From Promethearchaeota archaeon (lineage in GTDB: Archaea > Asgardarchaeota > Lokiarchaeia > Sigyniarchaeales > SOKP01), in NCBI GenBank assembly GCA_019057795.1, contig JAHLWS010000014.1, positions 1 to 51,058 of the forward strand: a stretch of DNA of 51,058 nucleotides, in the 5' to 3' direction. The notes beneath the pieces were generated by a model, which made no database searches, had not been told where the DNA came from, and worked only from the letters and a program-made list of their open reading frames with translations. A program made the position numbers and the translations under genes. Of the stretch, positions 10,659 to 18,906 are shown piece by piece (position 1 is the stretch's first letter; every line of letters starts with the position of its first letter).

Positions 10659-10838
10659 TTAATTAATGAAATATATTGGACTCGACCATGCTTGATGTCC
10701 ATTATCTAAAGTTATTTTAACATATAGATGGTCGTCTGTTTCCCTATTATGTGCCAATAAAATCGATCTTTCAAGCTGAATCGAGAAATATGGATTTACA
10801 TCTGGAACTCTAAAAATAAAATTTTTGTAAAAACCTTT
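10659..10838 (-). pseudogene. C-terminal remnant of a DUF3604/PHP-type metallohydrolase gene
   Basis: Startless frame (upstream stop 10839-10841) ending ...HLYVKITLDNGHQAWSSPIYFIN*, resembling the YVRV..DG..AWSSPI C-terminal motif. Confidence 0.6.
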
Positions 10839-10851
10839 TTAAACCAATAAA

Positions 10852-12294
10852 TTAAATGTTTCTTTCACGTACCCAATCAGCATTATCGCTCGTCCTTAGA
10901 TACCACCTTAAAAGTTTCTCTTTAAGATCGGCTTTAATTTTGTCGTAAGCGTATATATCAATTAAATTACTAGCTTCATTTGGATCGTACATTAAATCGT
11001 AAAGCTCTTCCTTCCCACTATCTCGAATAACAAGTTTCCATGTTTTGGTTCTTATCATAGCAGATCGAGCTACGGTTGATGGATTTTCTTGAGGAATATT
11101 AGTCTTATCGTAATAGATACCAATGCCCAGCATATCAGGGCTTTTAACAACCGGTTCAAAACATTGAGGTTCGCGAGAGTCATATCCTCCCTCAGCAAAA
11201 ACAGCAGTTCTTATTTTTTCTGAGCGACCTTGTAGAAAAGGAATTAAATTCTTGCCAAAGTGGGTATATTGAGTTTCTATTTGAGCAATATTCAATACTG
11301 TAGGAAAAAGATCAATAGTTTGAACAAATTGCTCGTATAGATTTCCTTTTGATTCGATACCAGGTATTTTTGTAATTAAGGGAACATTGATAAGACAATC
11401 TTGGAACGCGTTAGGCCATTTTTCTGTTAATCCATAGTCTCCTGTATAATCTCCGTGATCAGCAAAGAAGAATATTGCGCTGTTTTCATAAGCCCCGATA
11501 TCTTTTAACTTATCGATTATTTGCCCAAATTGGTAATCTACTCGAGAAACCATTCCGTAATATGTGGCGATAATTTCTTTAAAATCATCTTTATTTAAAT
11601 TGTCCAACCCGTACTTTTCTTGAATTAAACGCATAAATTCTGGCTTATCGTCCAATTTAGGCGGTACTGGTGCTGGTACTAATTCTCGATCGTACATAGA
11701 AAAGTAAGGCTCCTCAACCGTGTAAGGAGGATGAGGGAAGCTCAAGGCTATGTATAAGCAAAAAGGATTCTTATGATCAGAATTTAAATAGCTAATTGCC
11801 TTTTGAATAATGTGATAATCACTATCTTTTGATTCCTCCAATGTTCTCTCACCATAATAAAAAGATTTTCTCATAGGATGATCTAAGGGATAGGGATTAG
11901 TTTTCCAAGCACCAATTTTCGTTCTTAACCTTTTCGTTACGCTTTGTTTAATAGCGTCTTTTCCAAAAAGATCGTTTCTTCCTACCCAAACGACTTCATA
12001 TCCCTTAACTTTTAAGAATTTGAATAAATTTTCTTCGTGCGGTTGTAATAATTGGTAAAGGCTTCTGTGCCCATTCGAGTGTACATATTGACCTGTAAAA
12101 GTACAACACCTCGAAGGTCCGCAAACGGGATTGACAGTGAAACAATTAGTAAAAGCAGCGCCATCCTTGGCAAGTTTATCAATATTTGGCGTTTTAATAA
12201 CGGGATTTCTTCGACCATCAAAAGAAACGCAATCTCCACGCATTTCATCTGCTACAAAAAAAATAATATTAGGAAGCAGTTTCTCTTTAGCCAT
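10852..12294 (-). CDS. Formylglycine-dependent sulfatase (S1)
   Basis: PNIIFFVADE, TPNIDKLA, CGPSR (CxPxR), PHPPY, ADHGD and ELYDL..DPNE motifs. Confidence 0.92.
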   Translation of the reverse strand: MAKEKLLPNIIFFVADEMRGDCVSFDGRRNPVIKTPNIDKLAKDGAAFTNCFTVNPVCGPSRCCTFTGQYVHSNGHRSLYQLLQPHEENLFKFLKVKGYEVVWVGRNDLFGKDAIKQSVTKRLRTKIGAWKTNPYPLDHPMRKSFYYGERTLEESKDSDYHIIQKAISYLNSDHKNPFCLYIALSFPHPPYTVEEPYFSMYDRELVPAPVPPKLDDKPEFMRLIQEKYGLDNLNKDDFKEIIATYYGMVSRVDYQFGQIIDKLKDIGAYENSAIFFFADHGDYTGDYGLTEKWPNAFQDCLINVPLITKIPGIESKGNLYEQFVQTIDLFPTVLNIAQIETQYTHFGKNLIPFLQGRSEKIRTAVFAEGGYDSREPQCFEPVVKSPDMLGIGIYYDKTNIPQENPSTVARSAMIRTKTWKLVIRDSGKEELYDLMYDPNEASNLIDIYAYDKIKADLKEKLLRWYLRTSDNADWVRERNI

Positions 12295-12456
12295 GTTTAA
12301 AATATTATCATTTAAGATTTAAAAGTTTAATAATTAAGAATTCAAGTTTATTTTAAAATATTCAAAATCTAATATAAATATCCCAACACTTTTAATTTTC
12401 GAAAAATTATTTTCCGTTATAAAATATACGGAATATTATTCAAAAGGATATGAGCT

Positions 12457-13617
12457 ATGAATTCAAGGGAAAGAGTAAATATAACTTTAAATCATAAAGA
12501 ACCCGATAAAGTTCCGATTGATTTAGGAGGAAATCAATCAAGCATTCATATTAAAGCGTACAAAAAATTATTGGATTACCTTGAAATTGAAGATGAGAAC
12601 GTTCAATACGCTGATTTCGTTCAACAAATCGTACGTCCATGTGATAAAGTCTTAGAAAGATTTAGCATTGATGTAAGATATGTTCAACCCTTAGGGGGTA
12701 TGGTTAGAGTTCAAGACATGGAACCTCAATACGAGGCTAAATATGTGGGCTTGTATGACCAGTTTGGTGTGTTTTGGGGGAACGACGCTAAAAAAGATTT
12801 AGACGAGATATTATATTACGATCCTGTTATTCATCCTTTTGCTGATTTTAAATCTGTTAGCGATATAAGAGATTTTGACTGGCCCAATGGGAGAGATAAA
12901 ACACCCTTTAACGGATTGAAGGAATACGCTAAAAATTTGCGAGATACGACTGATTTTGCATTATCGACGCCTCCAGTTGGATGCATTTATGAATATTGCA
13001 CGTTTTTATTTGGTTTCACAAAAACTTTAAGATATTTAAGGACTAAGCCAGAATTACTAATTGCAGCAATGGAAGGTCTATTAAAGTATTGGACTGATTA
13101 TGTTACGGCCTTTTTAGACGAAGTTGGAAGTTATTTAGACATTGTATGCATTAACGGTGATCTTGCGGAACAAGCAGGACCTATAATGAGCGTTAAGCTT
13201 TACGAAAATATGATAAAACCGATAGAAAGGAAATTATCAAAAACAATTCACGAATTAGTAGAAACGAAAATAAACTATCATTCTTGCGGTTCGGTTTCGC
13301 TATTTATACCCCATTTTGCTGAGATTGGGTATGATGTTATTAATCCAGTACAAATAAGTGCCTATGATATGGAGCCTTGTTCCCTAAAGAAGCGATTTGG
13401 AGATATAATGTCGTTTTGGGGTGGTTTATGTAACACTCAAAGTACATTACCCTTTGGCACGCTTAAACAAATTAGGGACGAAGTACGAAGAAATTTCGAA
13501 TGTTTGAAACCCAGTGGAGGTTTTGTTGCGTCTAACATCCATAATATAACCGCCGAAGTTCCCCCTCAGAATATTGTAGCTATGTTTGATGCCGCTAATG
13601 AGTTTGGAAGTTATTAA
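12457..13617 (+). CDS. Uroporphyrinogen decarboxylase family protein
   Basis: MNSRERV..TLNHKEPDKVPIDLGG, YHSCG, NPVQISA and HNITAEVPPQNI motifs. Confidence 0.85.
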   Translation: MNSRERVNITLNHKEPDKVPIDLGGNQSSIHIKAYKKLLDYLEIEDENVQYADFVQQIVRPCDKVLERFSIDVRYVQPLGGMVRVQDMEPQYEAKYVGLYDQFGVFWGNDAKKDLDEILYYDPVIHPFADFKSVSDIRDFDWPNGRDKTPFNGLKEYAKNLRDTTDFALSTPPVGCIYEYCTFLFGFTKTLRYLRTKPELLIAAMEGLLKYWTDYVTAFLDEVGSYLDIVCINGDLAEQAGPIMSVKLYENMIKPIERKLSKTIHELVETKINYHSCGSVSLFIPHFAEIGYDVINPVQISAYDMEPCSLKKRFGDIMSFWGGLCNTQSTLPFGTLKQIRDEVRRNFECLKPSGGFVASNIHNITAEVPPQNIVAMFDAANEFGSY

Positions 13618-13690
13618 TAAAAGAGTTTTTTTACAATCTATTTTAATAATAAAATATTAGCGTAATTTTTTAATTTACAGGTGAAAAGAT

Positions 13691-14554
13691 ATAAAAAGTA
13701 AGAATTTTAAAATTTTTGACGCTCATCTACATACCTATGGCACATTTCTACCTAAAAATGAAGATTTAATTAGTTATCTGGATAAATACAACATCGAAAA
13801 AGCAATTATTACTACAGTCAATAGAGCAGCAAGCTCCAAAATCTATGTTAACAAAGATAGCACTGTTGAAAATAACTCTTCTAACAATAATATCGTAAAG
13901 AGAGCGTTTGAAAACTTAAGGAAGTTAACAAAAGGTCAATTGGACCATCAAGATGTTATTAACATATCAAACAAAGATCCAGAAAGATTTTATAAATTCT
14001 TCTGGTTCAACCCAAAAATCAAGCCTGAAGATGAGGATAGCGATTACACCATCTTAGAAAATCATTTTGACTTAGGTTTTTGTGGGGTTAAGATTCATTC
14101 TGGCATTCATTTAATAAAAATTCCAGAAGACATCATAAAATTAGTTACTTTTATGCAAGATTATAACAAAAAATTTCCGTTATTCATTCACTTTACACCA
14201 AAGTTTTCTGCTTTTGGAGGGATAAGCAGCAAAGATATAGCAAAATTAGCAAAAAATTATCCAAATTTGCGTATCATTATTGGGCATGCTGCGTTGGCGA
14301 TGGAATTTGCGATAGATCTTGGATTGAGCTTAAAACAATATAAAAATGTGTTTTTTGAAACTTCGTGCTCTATACCTTATGGCATATTAAGTCTGATAAA
14401 AATAGTAGGGCATAAACGCATATTATTTGGAACAGATTCGCCAGTCACTAATCCAATAAAACTTGAAATTGATAAAATATTATGCTTACCCATTACTGAT
14501 GATCAAAAACGAGATGTTTTTTTCAACAACATTGACAGCATAATTAGAAATTAA
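13691..14554 (+). CDS. Amidohydrolase_2-family protein, probable ATA start
   Basis: The IFDAHLH metal motif (Asp codon 13718) lies upstream of the ORF-track start 13940 in the same open frame. Also GVKIH, IIIGHA, FETS and ILFGTDSP. AGGTGA lies 6 nt before ATA 13691. Confidence 0.8.
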   Translation: MKSKNFKIFDAHLHTYGTFLPKNEDLISYLDKYNIEKAIITTVNRAASSKIYVNKDSTVENNSSNNNIVKRAFENLRKLTKGQLDHQDVINISNKDPERFYKFFWFNPKIKPEDEDSDYTILENHFDLGFCGVKIHSGIHLIKIPEDIIKLVTFMQDYNKKFPLFIHFTPKFSAFGGISSKDIAKLAKNYPNLRIIIGHAALAMEFAIDLGLSLKQYKNVFFETSCSIPYGILSLIKIVGHKRILFGTDSPVTNPIKLEIDKILCLPITDDQKRDVFFNNIDSIIRN

Positions 14555-14775
14555 ACCATTATTTTTCAAAGGTTTTAAACTTTTTTAGATTATCTTTCAA
14601 ATCTTTCACTAACATTTTATCAATATTAACTAGTTAATTAATTTTGACTTTAAATTAATTGTCGAGAAAATTATTATAGATTAAGTCGATTATTTCTGTT
14701 TTAATAATAGAATATATAAACGTAGTTGTGTAATTTTTTATTATAATCTTGTAAAAATTTATTCGAGTTGATACA

Positions 14776-15321
14776 GTGAAAAATTTAGGGGATGATAATT
14801 ACTACGAAGAGAACAATAATTGGGACATCATAGAAGTTTCAAAGGTTAACGACAAAATTATTAAAAAGCTTTTAAATTATCTGAAATATGATATATCAGA
14901 AAACTTCTTTATTTCCTTTGAAAGCCTTTTAAAATTAGGAAATAAAGTTCCAGAAGCTACAATTCAAAATATTATCAAAGAATTAGACCAAACTCATAAT
15001 TTCAAAAAAGATTTATTTCATTTCATTTTAAGCTTTGTAAAAAATGGCACAGTAGAATTTCACTTATTACCTCAAATATATAGCCCAGATTTCATCGTTA
15101 GGGCTCGAGCTATAATGAAAATAAAAGAAAATAACGATACAAGATATCTAAAGTTCCTACTCCCGTTATTAGACGACCCTGACGATTCCGTAAGATGGAG
15201 CGTGATAAAATTCTTGGCTAAGCATAAAAATAATCCAATAATCTTTAATGAATTAAAAAATCACATGAATAAGGAATTAAATCCTATAATTCATAGTAAT
15301 TTGAAGCAAATATTTGAATGA
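14776..15321 (+). CDS. HEAT-repeat-containing protein
   Basis: SPDFIVRARA and LLDDPDDSVRWSV HEAT-like repeats; GTG start. Confidence 0.7.
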   Translation: MKNLGDDNYYEENNNWDIIEVSKVNDKIIKKLLNYLKYDISENFFISFESLLKLGNKVPEATIQNIIKELDQTHNFKKDLFHFILSFVKNGTVEFHLLPQIYSPDFIVRARAIMKIKENNDTRYLKFLLPLLDDPDDSVRWSVIKFLAKHKNNPIIFNELKNHMNKELNPIIHSNLKQIFE

Positions 15322-15619
15322 GAGCACAAAATTAGAGAATAAAAAATAAGAGAACATAAGAAATACAACTTAGATTTACATCTATTTTTAAATATCTTGG
15401 TGCTCTTTAACTTTTTTATTTAGAAATTCACTGCTGAATTTTGTTAATTCAAGACTTATCTCATTTAATAAAAAAGCAAACAATTAAAAAAAGCATTTTT
15501 TATATATCATTTATAATATTAAGACCCAAAATTTAAAATTTCGATATAATCTTAGTTGTATAATGTTTTATTTATCAAACTTGAGGTATTAAATAAATTT
15601 CTAAAAAAGGTGTTATGTA

Positions 15620-16150
15620 ATTCCATCATATGATTATACTTTTAAAATTCTATTGCTCGGGGACGCATCAGTCGGAAAAACATCGTTTACTAAACGATTT
15701 TGCTACAATCTCTTCAATCCCTCAGAAAGGCTAACAATTGGGGTAGACTTTCATGTTAAGACAATAGATTTACATGGTAAAAAGATAAAATTGCAAATCT
15801 GGGATGTTGGAGGGGAAGAGCGCTTCAGATTCTTATTACCCACTTATTGTCTAGGTGCTAATGCGGCATTTTTGCTTTATGATGTTACCCGATCACAGAC
15901 CTTAGACAATATTAATGAATGGACCAATATAGTTCGCCAAAAGGGGGGTCCTATTCCAATTATGCTCGTAGGCGCGAAAATCGACTTAGAAGACGCTCAA
16001 CGTGAAGTTCTTCGAGAGTACGGAATTCAAGTAGCTGAAAAAAATAACATGGCTTCTTTTGCCGAAATATCGAGTAAATTGGATCAAAATGTAGACAAAA
16101 CCTTTGAAGTTCTCACAGAGCTTACATTAGAAAAAATTGAGAATAGGTGA
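15620..16150 (+). CDS. Rab-like small GTPase, probable ATT start
   Basis: YDYTFKILLLGDASVGKT (G1), TIGVDF, KLQIWDVGGEERF, LLYDVT, GAKID and ISSK. The first beta strand lies upstream of TTG 15653. Confidence 0.9.
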   Translation: MPSYDYTFKILLLGDASVGKTSFTKRFCYNLFNPSERLTIGVDFHVKTIDLHGKKIKLQIWDVGGEERFRFLLPTYCLGANAAFLLYDVTRSQTLDNINEWTNIVRQKGGPIPIMLVGAKIDLEDAQREVLREYGIQVAEKNNMASFAEISSKLDQNVDKTFEVLTELTLEKIENR

Positions 16151-16164
16151 GGTGATTAAATAAA

Positions 16165-17127
16165 ATGGTCGAACGTGAATTTTTGTCTCTTAACTCTTTA
16201 TTTGATTCAATAGGACTTATCGAAAAAGGTATTGAAAGAGTTTATCACTTTTTATTACAACACGGGAAAATTGATAATTTAAAGGAAGTCAGTACGCAAT
16301 TTAATCTTACATTGAAAAGAGGCTATAAAATTTGTGCCGTTTTAAACGACTTAGGCTTAGTTCAAATTTACGATAGACCAATGAAAATACATTTATCTAC
16401 TCCACCTGTAGCGATTTGGCAAAGAATTATAAACGAGCGTATTGAGGAGTTATCACAGCTTTTTCAAGAAAAAAAAGAGAACGCGGAAAGCGCGTTAAAA
16501 GAATTCATAAAAAATTACGATTTTGTCGAACAAATAACTCAAGAATTCGTAGAGTTTATTAATTACGACCTAACCAACTTCGATGAAACATATCATTCGT
16601 TTCTGGCAGAAAAAGAATGTAAAATCGCCTTAGGAATAAGATATGAAAATGATTTAACTTCAGTTATAAAAAAATATGGAATTTTGAATATTCCAGAGGA
16701 TTTAAATAAATCCATGAGAGCTGGAATGATTAAAATTAAAGAAAATCTAATAAATATCAATATTCAAGTTATATTTAGTACTGAATTGATTAAGGAATTA
16801 TTATCAAGCGAAGAATTTAACCTTATTTCAAAATACATTGATTTATATGGTTTAGAATTTAAAAGTATTGATGTACGTGTCACTGACGAAGTTTTTAGTA
16901 ATTTTAGTTTAACTGATAATGAATTAATCCAACCCAGTTTTGATCCAACTAATAAATTGTTTGGATCTTTTATCTCTCGAAATGCGAATATTTACCAAAT
17001 TTTTTACGATAAATTTAATGAATTGTACGAAAAAGGTATTCACTTGGTTCAATTTTTAAAAGAACATAAAGACATTACGATTGATTCTTTTTCTGAGAGC
17101 CAATTGTTTGGTTTATGTTTGTTATAA
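16165..17127 (+). CDS. TrmB-like transcriptional regulator (N-terminal wHTH, divergent C-terminal domain)
   Basis: SIGL..KGIERVYHFLL..G, RGYKICAVLNDLGLV and DRPMK pattern; GAGGTGA SD; 14 nt downstream of the Rab stop. Confidence 0.55.
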   Translation: MVEREFLSLNSLFDSIGLIEKGIERVYHFLLQHGKIDNLKEVSTQFNLTLKRGYKICAVLNDLGLVQIYDRPMKIHLSTPPVAIWQRIINERIEELSQLFQEKKENAESALKEFIKNYDFVEQITQEFVEFINYDLTNFDETYHSFLAEKECKIALGIRYENDLTSVIKKYGILNIPEDLNKSMRAGMIKIKENLININIQVIFSTELIKELLSSEEFNLISKYIDLYGLEFKSIDVRVTDEVFSNFSLTDNELIQPSFDPTNKLFGSFISRNANIYQIFYDKFNELYEKGIHLVQFLKEHKDITIDSFSESQLFGLCLL

Positions 17128-17182
17128 AAAGACAAAAAAAAAAGAAATATAGTTAAAGTTGTTTTTACTTACTTTTAATTAT

Positions 17183-17632
17183 TTAATCGTATCTTCTATA
17201 TGTGAAAAGTAACCAGAAAAATCCCAGTACTCCAACAATAAAAGCGACAATAACGATATAGTATGGCCAGTAGGTTAAATCAAATGATGCTGGATTAGTT
17301 ATCCATCCTATTACTGCCGTTACTCCTTGTACAGCCATGATAGAAAGCACAACCAAACCAATTCCCATTGCGTATTCTTCTTCCTTAAACATACCAATTC
17401 CAGCTACAAGACACCAGAAGCCCAAGACTATTGAAATTAAACCTTGACTTCCAAAAAATGTGAGTGCTGCAGCTAAATCGGGATTAGATTCGAAATCACT
17501 CAACCATGAAGGAACTATGATACCTCCCCATGCTAAAAAGTCCATGATGCCTTTAAACAAGAAAAGTAAACCCAGTACAATCATTATAATATTTAAAAGT
17601 TCGTTCGAATCTCTCTTTTTTTTTTCGCTCAT
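17183..17632 (-). CDS. Hypothetical 4-TM membrane protein
   Basis: Four hydrophobic segments; ATG with AGGT upstream. Confidence 0.7.
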   Translation of the reverse strand: MSEKKKRDSNELLNIIMIVLGLLFLFKGIMDFLAWGGIIVPSWLSDFESNPDLAAALTFFGSQGLISIVLGFWCLVAGIGMFKEEEYAMGIGLVVLSIMAVQGVTAVIGWITNPASFDLTYWPYYIVIVAFIVGVLGFFWLLFTYRRYD

Positions 17633-17832
17633 TTTTTATCAAACCTTTTACATTTAACAAAGATTAAATGCTGAGTATGAAGATATTTTACCAATTATAT
17701 AAATTTAATTTATTTAGATAATAATTTTATAAATTAAACTCTAAATTCGTTGTTTTGAATTAATAAGGAAAATTTTTTAAATTTCTAAGATAATTTAGTG
17801 TTAACTATTGATTTTTTCAATTTCAAGTAGAA

Positions 17833-18819
17833 ATGAAAAACTTCTTATCGCCGGATAAAATTTATTCTAACGTGGAAAATGGGAAATTTAGTAAAGCTAT
17901 AGCTGCTGAGCTGTTGATCTCATTAATCGAAGGAAGCGATAACCCAACAACTCGTGCTGAATCAATTAAAATTTCTGAGAAATTGAAAATTCACGATCAA
18001 AAAATCTTTAAAATCTTACAAAATTCTCTATTATCCGACGAGAGCCCATTAGTTAGGAAATCAGCTGCGAAATTCATTGGACAAATTTTTTTAAAAAAAG
18101 GTTTAAACACGCTAATATGGGTTGTACAGCACGATAAATCTCCAATAGTTTTAGCTGCTATTTCTGATTTGAATAGCAGACTTAATAAAGCCCGATTTAA
18201 GTCGTTAAGTAAAGAAATAAATATGTATTTGGCAGAAATAGCCCTATCCGTTGGTATAGTTCAAAATGAAGCAAAATTTATATTAGATTTGGAGGCTTTA
18301 TTTGCTCAAAACGATACTGATTATGAGCTCGAGTTAAAAACTTATCAATTCTACAAAAAATTAAAAGATAATAAACTTGGAGAATCTTGGCTTACAGTAA
18401 GGAATAAACGCATAGAATCCTTGAGTTTCAATTATTATAATTGGAAATATTTGAAAGAAATCCCTAGTATGTTTGACTCAATTTCTGAATTGCAAGATCC
18501 CCTGGTTTATTTAAATTATTTAGGAAAACTTGCTCTTAAAAGCAATATAATTCTCAAAGTACCCGACTCACTAGCGCTCCTCACAAATCTAAAAAAACTG
18601 AATTTAAGCAGAAATAATATTAAGGAATTTCCGAAATCAATTTTATCACTTTCTTATCTTAAGTATTTAGACATAAGTCATAATAAAATTTCTGATATAC
18701 CTGTGGAAATTAAAAACTTAAACTCGTTGGATGTTCTGAGAATTAGCCATAATTCTTTTCGAAAAATTCCAAATTTTTTAAGAGAATTCTTGCTTACACT
18801 TCAAGATTTTAAAATTTAA
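17833..18819 (+). CDS. HEAT-repeat + leucine-rich-repeat protein
   Basis: LLSDESPLVRKSAA and HDKSPIV HEAT repeats, then LKKLNLSRNNI, LKYLDISHNKI and LDVLRISHNSF LRRs. Confidence 0.85.
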   Translation: MKNFLSPDKIYSNVENGKFSKAIAAELLISLIEGSDNPTTRAESIKISEKLKIHDQKIFKILQNSLLSDESPLVRKSAAKFIGQIFLKKGLNTLIWVVQHDKSPIVLAAISDLNSRLNKARFKSLSKEINMYLAEIALSVGIVQNEAKFILDLEALFAQNDTDYELELKTYQFYKKLKDNKLGESWLTVRNKRIESLSFNYYNWKYLKEIPSMFDSISELQDPLVYLNYLGKLALKSNIILKVPDSLALLTNLKKLNLSRNNIKEFPKSILSLSYLKYLDISHNKISDIPVEIKNLNSLDVLRISHNSFRKIPNFLREFLLTLQDFKI

Positions 18820-18906
18820 ATACTTCTATACTTTTTTCTAAGATAATTATTTAAGGAATAAAATAGAAAGTAAAATAAAAATAAATTTAGAATTATGGTG
18901 TGAAAT

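Noticed and set aside
14625-14638. Perfect palindrome ATTAACTAGTTAAT
   Set aside because: It is nearly all A/T in a very AT-rich spacer, and only a half-match was seen elsewhere (near 44188).
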